From Abditibacteriaceae bacterium (GTDB lineage: Bacteria; Armatimonadota; Abditibacteriia; Abditibacteriales; Abditibacteriaceae), in contig JANPJS010000177.1 of assembly GCA_031425655.1 (NCBI GenBank), positions 1-29,035 on the forward strand: a stretch of 29,035 nt of DNA, written 5' to 3'. Under the pieces are notes generated by a model. That model made no database searches, had not been told where the DNA came from, and saw nothing but the letters and a program-made list of their open reading frames with translations. A program made the position numbers and the translations under genes. The first letter of the stretch is position 1. Every line of letters begins with the position of its first letter. Below are positions 7,898 to 15,409 of the stretch, piece after piece.

Positions 7898-9471
7898 GAT
7901 TCTTTGATGCTCAGCAAGCGAAAGGCCGGCAGCGAACCTTCGTGCTTGGTTTCAATCGTTGCCGGCTCCACTTCGACTTGTTTCCATACCCATTGATAAA
8001 CCTGCGGGCTGAGCAGAATTTTGCCGCCCGCCGCGCAATCGCCGTAGCGCGTGGCGCGATTGACCGCTTCGCCGATGATGGTGTAGGAAACCTGATCAAC
8101 CGCGCCGATATTGCCGTGCAGCACCTCGCCGCAATGCACGCCGATGCCGATTTGACAGGTCGCTTTGCCTTTGGCGGCCCGTGCGCGATTCGATTTTTCC
8201 ATCTCTGTCTGCATATCTAAGGCCGCGCGCAGGGCGTTGAGATGCTGATCTGGGTCGGCCTTTGGGCTGCCGTAAACCGCCAAAATCGCGTCGCCGATAT
8301 ATTTATCAATCGTGCCGTTGTGCGCCAGAATAATCGGCGTGAGACGGTTGAAATAATCGTTGAGCAACTCCACAACGTCTACGGGCTTCATGTCTTTCGT
8401 CAGGATGGTAAAACCGCGAATATCCAAGCACAAAATCGTGACTTCGCTGCGTTCGCCGCTGAGTTGGGTTGTGCCATGCGCCAAAAGTTGCTCGGCGATT
8501 TGCGGTGAAAACTGGCGCAGCAATTTCGCCTTGATGGACGATTCGCGCCGCAATTCTTCCTGCAACTGCTGATTAGCAAGAGCAAGACCCAAAAAATGCG
8601 ATGCCGTCATCAGCAAACGCAAATCGTTGGAGGTGAAAACCTCGCTTTCAATCGGGTTATCAACGCACATCACGCCGAGTGGCGTGCCCTGCCACATCAG
8701 CGGCGCATACATGGCGCATTCGACCTGATAGCGCGCCAGACTGCTGCCGTCGTTGCCGCTGCTGGCGTTTTTCCAAATGAAACCGGTTCCGTTTTGCATG
8801 GCCCGGCGCGCTAAAGTCTCGCTGACGACCGGCCCCTGCGCCGAACTAAAGGCTTTGAGCAGCATGGTGTCGCTTTCTCGGCCATGCAAAAGCAGTGCGC
8901 CGCGCGTGGCTCCGGGAATCATTTCCACCAAGCGATTGACCATCTGCTGCAATACGTCGTCGAGCTGCGTGGCGTTGCCGCACTGCAGAATCAGGTCGAA
9001 AAGCAGCCCCAATCGGCTCATAATGTCGGCGGAGGCGGCCTGCAACAACTCGCCGCTCTGCGCTTGGCTGAGAGCCAATTCCGAGGCGACTTCGCCGCCC
9101 AGTTCAGAGATGGATAACATTTGCGCGGCGGGACGCAGGGACGAAATCGCCGATGGCGTGGTAGCGAAATCAATTTGCAGCACAGTTTCGCCGATTTGAA
9201 CGCGGTCGCCGGACTTGATTTCGCACGCTCCGCCGCCTTTGATTTCGCGCCCGTTGAGCAGCGTGCCGTGCGTGCTGCCCATATCTTCAATCCAGTAGCG
9301 CCGCTCATCGTCCTGCCACAAGCGCGCGTGCGAGCGCGAAACCGTATTATCGGGGCTAAGATCAAGGTCGGGGCCGGTTGTGGCGCCGGGTGGCCGCCGC
9401 CCGATGGAGACTTCCTTGACCGCGCGGTCGAAGACGTTTAATTGCCCGTGAAAAGAATAGGAAATTCGCAT
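7894..9471 (-). CDS. FHA-GAF-class III adenylate cyclase
   Basis: FHA (IGR..VSRSHA..DMGSTHGT), GAF (AMYAPL..GVMCVDN..FTSNDLRLL), cyclase (LDIRGFT, DKYIGDA, YTIIGEAVNRATR). The stop overlaps the kinase ATG (ATGA). Confidence 0.95.
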   Translation of the reverse strand: MRISYSFHGQLNVFDRAVKEVSIGRRPPGATTGPDLDLSPDNTVSRSHARLWQDDERRYWIEDMGSTHGTLLNGREIKGGGACEIKSGDRVQIGETVLQIDFATTPSAISSLRPAAQMLSISELGGEVASELALSQAQSGELLQAASADIMSRLGLLFDLILQCGNATQLDDVLQQMVNRLVEMIPGATRGALLLHGRESDTMLLKAFSSAQGPVVSETLARRAMQNGTGFIWKNASSGNDGSSLARYQVECAMYAPLMWQGTPLGVMCVDNPIESEVFTSNDLRLLMTASHFLGLALANQQLQEELRRESSIKAKLLRQFSPQIAEQLLAHGTTQLSGERSEVTILCLDIRGFTILTKDMKPVDVVELLNDYFNRLTPIILAHNGTIDKYIGDAILAVYGSPKADPDQHLNALRAALDMQTEMEKSNRARAAKGKATCQIGIGVHCGEVLHGNIGAVDQVSYTIIGEAVNRATRYGDCAAGGKILLSPQVYQWVWKQVEVEPATIETKHEGSLPAFRLLSIKES

Positions 9472-9590
9472 GGCGCTACAACATCAGCCGCTTTAAATCT
9501 TATCCCAACTTAGCTTGCTGCTCTGAGATGAGTTCAATGCGGATTTTAGTCTTTGTCTTTGTGCAGTGCTGTGATTAAATATCGGGCATC

Positions 9591-9851
9591 ATGGCTTCAA
9601 AAATCCGAATCGCAGATGCCGGGAATGTGTTAATTCCGGCTTATTTGACGTTGAAACAGAAAGGGTTTGTCGTTCGTTGGGACAAGTCAACTGATTCCGA
9701 ACAAGAATATTGGTATGCAGAAGATGCAACGCGAGAGTTTATTGCTGACGGTCCCGTAGCTTTATTGGGTCTCATAGCGATGCACGAAATACGAGGCGAC
9801 GACTGGGAAGCCAATGATGACGAAATCCAAGAATTTCTTGAGAAATATTGA
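9591..9851 (+). CDS. Small acidic hypothetical protein (accessory)
   Basis: 86-aa ATG ORF filling the gap between two minus-strand genes, AT-richer than neighbours. Confidence 0.75.
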   Translation: MASKIRIADAGNVLIPAYLTLKQKGFVVRWDKSTDSEQEYWYAEDATREFIADGPVALLGLIAMHEIRGDDWEANDDEIQEFLEKY

Positions 9852-9858
9852 ATTCGCG

Positions 9859-10800
9859 CTACGCTGGTTTGACCGCTTCGCTTTTGAGCTTTTGCGCGCG
9901 GGGACGCAAAAAGTAGTTGGCGTTGACGCCGGCTAAAGCGCCCTGATGCACCGCGCTGGCGACTTGCTGAGCCGGCAAATTGGTGACATCGCCCGCCGCG
10001 AAAACGCCGGGAATGTTGGTGTGCTGCTCCACGTCCACTTTGATACAACCGGCGTCGGCCAGCTCAACTCCAAGCCGCGCCGCTAATTGGCTGTTGGGCA
10101 CTTGGCCCAGCGCGCTGAATATGCAATCGAGTTCGAGACAAGTGCCGTTCTCCAGCCAGATAGTCTCTAATTGCCCGCCTTTGCCGCGCACTTTGGCGAT
10201 GGCGCTTTGATGCAATTCGATCTCGCCATCGCGCAGTTGCGCTTGCTTTTCCAGTGAAATGCTCAATTCATCCGAAGCGCACAAAAACGTGACGTGCGGC
10301 GTGAAATCGAGCAGTTGCAAAGCGGTAGTCGCGGCGGCGTCGCTGTTGCCAAGCACCACGACGCGCTTTTCAATGATGCGAAAACCATCGCAGTGAATAC
10401 ACCAGAAAAGCGACTTGCCGACATAGCGTTTGGCATTGTCGAAAGGCGGCCATACGTCGGTCACGCCGGTTGCGAAAATAAGTGTGCGCGTGCGTCGTTT
10501 GCCGCCGCTGTCCAATTCGATTTCAAAAAGGCCGTCGTCCAGACGAGTGATTTCGCGTGCATCGCCGGCTGTGATCTCAACTCCAAAACGCTCGGCCTGC
10601 AATCGTCCGCGCCGCACTAATTCGCCCGAACGGATGCCTTTAGGAAAACCAAAATAATTGTCGTTGTGCTGATTCCAGACTGTGCGGCCCTGTGCGGCAT
10701 CTAAAACTAAAACTGAACGCAACGCGCGCCCCAGATAAATGCTCGCCGACAAACCCGCCGGGCCGCCGCCAATGATGATCGAATCGTAAATCGTAGTCAC
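9859..10800 (-). CDS. Thioredoxin reductase-like NAD(P)/FAD-dependent oxidoreductase
   Basis: IIIGGGPAG, IFATG, CIHC redox motif, TNIPGVFAAGD. GTG start at 10800 was chosen over TTG 10815 because GAGGAG lies upstream. Confidence 0.9.
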   Translation of the reverse strand: MTTIYDSIIIGGGPAGLSASIYLGRALRSVLVLDAAQGRTVWNQHNDNYFGFPKGIRSGELVRRGRLQAERFGVEITAGDAREITRLDDGLFEIELDSGGKRRTRTLIFATGVTDVWPPFDNAKRYVGKSLFWCIHCDGFRIIEKRVVVLGNSDAAATTALQLLDFTPHVTFLCASDELSISLEKQAQLRDGEIELHQSAIAKVRGKGGQLETIWLENGTCLELDCIFSALGQVPNSQLAARLGVELADAGCIKVDVEQHTNIPGVFAAGDVTNLPAQQVASAVHQGALAGVNANYFLRPRAQKLKSEAVKPA

Positions 10801-10987
10801 AAAACGTCTCCTCAAACCGCGCTTCGAAAATTGCGAAGATTTTGAAACCGTCGCAAGTCGCGCGCCGCCGAATGTGTGAAAGGTTTCAGTGTGACATTAG
10901 ACGTTTTGCGTAAGTCCATCCAGAAAGCGCTTGCCGCGGCCACGCGAGGCGCGAAATCGAGATAAAAGTTGTCAAGGAGAGTTTTTT

Positions 10988-11605
10988 CTAAACGCGATAA
11001 CGACAGTTGCGAAGCGTCGCCAGCATTTTTCGCACAGCGCGGGCGCGATGGCTGACGAGGGCTTTGACTTCGGACGGCACTTCTGCCATCGTTTGGCCAA
11101 GCCATTCGGCAGGTGCGCCGGTCGCGGGCGTGATTTCAAAAATCGGATCGTAGCCAAAGCCGTTAGCGCCGCGCGGCGCGAGGTTGATTTGGCCGTCGCA
11201 AGTTGCCTCGGTTTCGAGAACGGTGCCGGTTGGCGAAGCGATGCAAATCGCACAGCGATAACGCGCACCTCGCTCCGTATTCGGCACGTTTTTTAAGCGG
11301 TCGAGCAAAGCCTGTGTGCGTTCAGTGTCTGTGCCTTCGACCCAACGTGCGCTATAAACGCCGGGCGCGCCGCCCAAAAAATCCACTTCGATGCCCGAAT
11401 CGTCGCTCAGAGCCGCCAAACCCGTCGCGCGGGCGCAAAATTCGGCCTTCAAGCGTGCGTTTTCGGCCATCGTCGCGCCGGTTTCTTCGGGCAATTCCAC
11501 GTCGGGAAAGTCACGCAGCGAAACCACTTCAAGCGGCGCTTCGGCTAACAAGGCAGCCAGTTCGTGAATTTTATGAGCGTTGGCGGTAGCGAGGAGAAGT
11601 TTCAT
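10988..11605 (-). CDS. rdgB: Non-canonical purine NTP pyrophosphatase (RdgB/HAM1)
   Basis: LATANAHK, ENARLKA, DDSG, APGVYSAR, GFGYDPIF, SHR. Canonical position downstream of rph. Confidence 0.95.
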   Translation of the reverse strand: MKLLLATANAHKIHELAALLAEAPLEVVSLRDFPDVELPEETGATMAENARLKAEFCARATGLAALSDDSGIEVDFLGGAPGVYSARWVEGTDTERTQALLDRLKNVPNTERGARYRCAICIASPTGTVLETEATCDGQINLAPRGANGFGYDPIFEITPATGAPAEWLGQTMAEVPSEVKALVSHRARAVRKMLATLRNCRYRV

Positions 11606-11608
11606 ATT

Positions 11609-11720
11609 AGTCGGCAGGAGGCAGTTGGCAGTCGGCGGACAAAGGCGTGCGGGAAATTATGATTTTTTCTGCCAAGTCTTGCGTTCGATCCTGCCGACCG
11701 CCGACTGCCTCCTGCCGACT
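11609..11720. repeat. Inverted heptamer-repeat element filling the rph-rdgB gap
   Basis: AGTCGGC-AGGAGGC-AGTTGGC-AGTCGGC (11609-11636) pairs with GCCGACC-GCCGACT-GCCTCCT-GCCGACT (11693-11720), 26/28. Confidence 0.85.
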
Positions 11721-11723
11721 GAA

Positions 11724-12452
11724 TCAAGGCCAAATATCTTTCACGGCTTCCTGCTGCAATTTCGTCAATTCGCCGATGCCGATTTGCGCTAAAGTGACCA
11801 AACGACCCAATTCTTCAACCGAAAACGTCGCGCCTTCGCCAGAAGCTTGCACTTCGATGAGCCTGCCTGTCGCCGTCATCACTACGTTCATGTCTACCGA
11901 AGCGCGCGAATCTTCGGCGTAGCGCAAATCGAGTAATTCACGTTCATTTACAATTCCGACCGAAACCGCTGCGACTTGCTCGGTTAGAGGCCAAGCGCGC
12001 AGAATGCCATCGTTTTTGAGCTTGGACAACGCTTCGCAGAGCGCGACCCACGCGCCGGTGATGGCCGCAGTGCGCGTGCCGCCGTCGGCCTGCAAGACAT
12101 CGCAGTCAATGGTGATAGTGCGCTCGCCAAGCGTTTTCATGTTGATGGCGGCGCGCAGACTGCGGCCGATGAGGCGCTGGATTTCAATAGTGCGCCCGTC
12201 GGGTTTGCCGCGCGTGGCGTCGCGCTGATTGCGCTTGCCGGTCGCGCGCGGCAGCATTCCGTATTCCGCCGTCAGCCAGCCGGTGCCCGAATTACGCAGC
12301 CACGCCGGCACGTTGGAATCAATACTGGCCGTGCAAAGCACTTTGGTGTCGCCGAATTCGACTAAACACGAGCCTTCGGCATATTTGGCCCAGCCGCGCG
12401 TTAAGCGCACCGGACGCAGCGCGTCGGGCGCGCGATTATCGGGACGAGACAT
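11724..12452 (-). CDS. rph: Ribonuclease PH
   Basis: [63 protein letters not shown]. Confidence 0.98.
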   Translation of the reverse strand: MSRPDNRAPDALRPVRLTRGWAKYAEGSCLVEFGDTKVLCTASIDSNVPAWLRNSGTGWLTAEYGMLPRATGKRNQRDATRGKPDGRTIEIQRLIGRSLRAAINMKTLGERTITIDCDVLQADGGTRTAAITGAWVALCEALSKLKNDGILRAWPLTEQVAAVSVGIVNERELLDLRYAEDSRASVDMNVVMTATGRLIEVQASGEGATFSVEELGRLVTLAQIGIGELTKLQQEAVKDIWP

Positions 12453-12462
12453 GAAAACTCCG

Positions 12463-13284
12463 TTATTTTCGCGTTGCTGTTTTGACGGCGCTTACTGGAT
12501 ACCATTCCAGCAATCGCACTTGAATTTTCGTGCCTTTGAGCGCCGCTTCAAACCGCTGCGGATTGTCGTTGGCTTTGTCGAATGGATAACGGTAATGATA
12601 AGGAATGGCGATTTTCGGTTTGAAAGCCTTCGCGCCTTGTGCGGCTTCCTGCGGCGTCATGGAGAACGGCAAATTCATCGGCAAAAACGCCAAGTCAATC
12701 TCCCTCAACTTCTTCATTTCGGGCGTGACTTCGGTATCGCCCGCGATGTAAATGCGCTTTCCGCCCAGCGTGAGAATGTAGCCGTTGCCGCGCCCTTTGG
12801 TGTGAAACTTCGCGCCCGGCTTAGGGCCGCGCACGAGGTTATACATCGGCACCGCTTCGAGACTGAAAAGACGAGCGGATTTCCGCTGGCCGTTGGCGAT
12901 TGGAACGCATTTTTCATACAAATCGGTGCCGTATAACTCCGACTTGCCTTTAACTCTCGACAGCATTTCGGTAGCCGCTGCCTTTGGCAAGAAGATGAGC
13001 GAGCCACTTTTGCGTATCTTGGAGATCGCCGGCACATCCAGATGATCGGGATGAATATCGGTAATTAAAACAACGTCGGCTTTTTTGGCGCGCGAGTAAT
13101 CGCCCATTGAAAACGGGTCAACGTGAATCACCAGACCGCGATATTCGATTTGCATCGAAGCGTGCAAAATCGGCGTGATGCGAATTGCGCCGCCTTCTGC
13201 GGCAATCGTCGTCGAAGACGGTGCGGCGTGCGCGCACACAGACAAAGCGCAGAGGACGCTTAAAATGGCCAGCAGTTTTTTCAT
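12463..13284 (-). CDS. Exported MBL-fold metallo-hydrolase
   Basis: Signal peptide, IHVDP, TDIHPDH (HxHxDH variant), YIAGDT, IPYHY. Confidence 0.9.
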   Translation of the reverse strand: MKKLLAILSVLCALSVCAHAAPSSTTIAAEGGAIRITPILHASMQIEYRGLVIHVDPFSMGDYSRAKKADVVLITDIHPDHLDVPAISKIRKSGSLIFLPKAAATEMLSRVKGKSELYGTDLYEKCVPIANGQRKSARLFSLEAVPMYNLVRGPKPGAKFHTKGRGNGYILTLGGKRIYIAGDTEVTPEMKKLREIDLAFLPMNLPFSMTPQEAAQGAKAFKPKIAIPYHYRYPFDKANDNPQRFEAALKGTKIQVRLLEWYPVSAVKTATRK

Positions 13285-13305
13285 AGTTGAGTCTCCTATT
13301 TCACT

Positions 13306-13791
13306 TCACGCCAAAGCGTTTTTTACCTCGCTGAGCGAAATGGTAGGAGCATCGCCCTCTTCATTTTTTGCCCCGCGCAGTTGCAGCAGGTCTTCGGCAA
13401 TCTCTATTTCACGATTACGTCGTCTTGTCTCCACTGCTTTTTGCGCTGCGGCTTTTGAATCGCGGTTTTTAACTGCTTTCTGCGCCGCTATACGCAATCC
13501 CTCTGTGCCTTTTGTTATTACTGCTTTCTGAGGTGCATCCTTAATTCGCAACTTCCAATTTACGTCTCTTCGCTCATCCCGCATCAGCTTGATGACATCA
13601 GTAGGAATCAATCCAATGTCATGCATTTTGTGACAATTGGGACAAAGGATAGCCAAGTTGCTTAAATCGTTGTTGCTGCGATTCTGGTCAAGATGTGCGA
13701 CCTCCAAAATTTCTGAAATCCCAAAGCCGCAATAAACGCAAATCTTGGGATAATGCTCAAGTGCCAGCTTCCGATAAGCTATGCCTGCCAT
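13306..13791 (-). CDS. HNH endonuclease with basic helical repeats
   Basis: CVYCG..LEVAHLD.NRSNN..SNLAILCPNCH..HD. Three (A/P)QKAV repeats. GGAGA RBS. AT-richer than core genes. Confidence 0.9.
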   Translation of the reverse strand: MAGIAYRKLALEHYPKICVYCGFGISEILEVAHLDQNRSNNDLSNLAILCPNCHKMHDIGLIPTDVIKLMRDERRDVNWKLRIKDAPQKAVITKGTEGLRIAAQKAVKNRDSKAAAQKAVETRRRNREIEIAEDLLQLRGAKNEEGDAPTISLSEVKNALA

Positions 13792-13815
13792 TTATAATCT
13801 CCTTTCACTTGCACA

Positions 13816-13942
13816 TCACTCATTCACTTTCAGAATGCTGAGAAACGCTTCCTGCGGGATTTCGACGTTTCCGACTTGCTTCATGCGCTTTTTGCCTTCT
13901 TTTTGTTTTTCGAGCAGCTTGTGCTTGCGCGAAATGTCGCCG
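13816..13942 (-). pseudogene. lepA: Duplicated 3'-terminal 127 bp of lepA (att-like direct repeat)
   Basis: 122/127 identical to 15410-15536. Encodes [41 protein letters not shown]. No lepA homology beyond 13942. Confidence 0.95.
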
Positions 13943-13943
13943 T

Positions 13944-14390
13944 TTATTGCGGGAAATACGCCCAGCGCGCCAATCGTGCCAGATATTGTTTCAGCTTTTT
14001 GAAATGCTTTTCGTCTTTTGCCGCGAATTCCGGCGTGGCACAAATCAGAGCATGGGCGGGATTATCGGGCAGTGTCGAATGTTCGTAAATAGGATCGGGC
14101 ACCACGTCAATAGCACGATAAGCGTCCTGTCCATTGTGGCAGGGAACATCATGGATAGCCCGCACTTCGTCGGTAAGAAGCTCTACCACGACGTCCGTTT
14201 GATCCAACAAAGTGTATCGCGGATTATTTTCGCAGAAATGGGCGCGATCAACGGAAATCTTTTTGCTGCGGTCGGAAAAGGCTTGGGAACTGGGTAGTTT
14301 GCGGCCCTGACCATCGCGCTCGTCTCGAAAATTTTCCGGCAAATTTCGCACACGACGATAGAGCCATTCGTCGCCTTGGACTTTTTCCAT
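13944..14390 (-). CDS. Hypothetical protein, possible ADP-ribosyltransferase-fold toxin
   Basis: 148 aa from ATG 14390, 5 nt after the upstream stop, with GAGG upstream. Pattern LYRR..SSQAF.D..ISVD..DVVPDP..NPAHALI. The function call is tentative. Confidence 0.7.
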   Translation of the reverse strand: MEKVQGDEWLYRRVRNLPENFRDERDGQGRKLPSSQAFSDRSKKISVDRAHFCENNPRYTLLDQTDVVVELLTDEVRAIHDVPCHNGQDAYRAIDVVPDPIYEHSTLPDNPAHALICATPEFAAKDEKHFKKLKQYLARLARWAYFPQ

Positions 14391-14395
14391 GCGCC

Positions 14396-14953
14396 TTAAT
14401 CCTCGCCAAACATCCACTGCCACATTGCAAGGCGTTCGTTCGTAGTGTTGGCGCTCCCGTCGCCCATTTCTGCGGGGCCGCCCATGCCATTGTCTTGAAT
14501 GTAGTCCATGCCCTCAGGTGAAACGTATACGGTAAGGCTTTTGGGAGCCTGCCACCATTCCAGCACAACCTCGCCCTCTTCGCTGGCAGAAATATGCGGC
14601 TCGTGCCAAACCCAACCTCGATTCCAAACTTCGTCGGACATCATTTGTGTCCAACTAACAGCCTTCAAGAGGGCTGTCGGCATAGGTGCCGCTGCGTCAT
14701 GCCCGTTCCAGTTTTCGCCAAGCCGACGCAACGCGACAATGCTTCCGAGAGTGCGTGCCAAAAGCGTCGCCTGCTTATTTCGCCCGGCTGCGATTCCCTG
14801 GGTCAGAAGCCGCAAACCTGCCATGGACAGAAATTGCTTCTGGCGATTATGGGTAATTTTTAGCACAACGTGGTCGGGCACACGAGTGACTTTCACGCGT
14901 CCGCCACTGGCCCAACGGTCAATAGCCTGCTTGTCCAGCGTAAAAGTGCTCAT
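14396..14953 (-). CDS. Hypothetical protein (NW[N/D]G..A..P motif family), possible antitoxin/partner
   Basis: 185 aa; ATGA overlap with the upstream gene. Motif ENWNGHDAAAP..PHISASEEGEVVLEW..LTVYV. Confidence 0.75.
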   Translation of the reverse strand: MSTFTLDKQAIDRWASGGRVKVTRVPDHVVLKITHNRQKQFLSMAGLRLLTQGIAAGRNKQATLLARTLGSIVALRRLGENWNGHDAAAPMPTALLKAVSWTQMMSDEVWNRGWVWHEPHISASEEGEVVLEWWQAPKSLTVYVSPEGMDYIQDNGMGGPAEMGDGSANTTNERLAMWQWMFGED

Positions 14954-15387
14954 AATTGCTCACCTTCAAAATCACCTACGGAGAAACCATCCACCGTTTC
15001 AATGCGACCACGCCACCAGTCGATTGAAAAATTGGTGTTACTTGCGTAGATCATGACATCTTTGAGGTGAATCATGCGCGGTGGCACATGGCTCTGTTTG
15101 CTTTGTTCCAACTCAGAGGCAATCGGTTCCAGAAATTGGCGCTTGAGTTGTTCTTTTTCTATCGAGTCACCCACATAAATTAGATCGGCCATAGCCTCGA
15201 AATACGCCAAAAGTCCGACCACCTGACCCGTAATAACTGCCCCGCCAACTGTTAAAATGATCGGCAGGTCAGTATCCGAATGCCTGTTAGCAGCTTCAAC
15301 CAAATCCTGCAGAAAGCCATCACAGACAATTGGCTCCTCGCTGCGTTTTTCAGGTGGCATGGCCTCCGCTGTTTTGGTTTCTTCCAT
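14950..15387 (-). CDS. GvpU-like small protein
   Basis: 145 aa, strong RBS AAGGAGG. DGFLQDLV..IILTVGGAVITGQVV..YF..IHLKDV..WWRGRIETVDGFSVG resembles the GvpU family pattern (recalled, not searched). Confidence 0.7.
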   Translation of the reverse strand: MEETKTAEAMPPEKRSEEPIVCDGFLQDLVEAANRHSDTDLPIILTVGGAVITGQVVGLLAYFEAMADLIYVGDSIEKEQLKRQFLEPIASELEQSKQSHVPPRMIHLKDVMIYASNTNFSIDWWRGRIETVDGFSVGDFEGEQL

Positions 15388-15409
15388 TGATTTCCTCCTT
15401 GCTCAGTAT

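Larger units (their letters stand above)
13943..15409 (-). mobile_element. Integrase-free three-gene islet/cassette inserted at the lepA 3' end
   Basis: Bounded exactly by the two lepA 3' direct repeats. Filled end to end by three co-oriented, tightly coupled ORFs. Confidence 0.8.

Noticed and set aside
9480..9590. attC site upstream of 9591-9851
   Set aside because: No paired RYYYAAC/GTTRRRY boxes or hairpin on either side of the gene.
13816..14043. 75-aa ORF ending in the LepA C-terminus as a real gene
   Set aside because: Its first 34 codons are an alternative frame of the 13944-14390 gene with no RBS. Only the duplicated tail is LepA-like.
14950..15387. Gas vesicle gene cluster
   Set aside because: Only a GvpU-like ORF is present; no gvpA/N/F/L etc. 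in the window.
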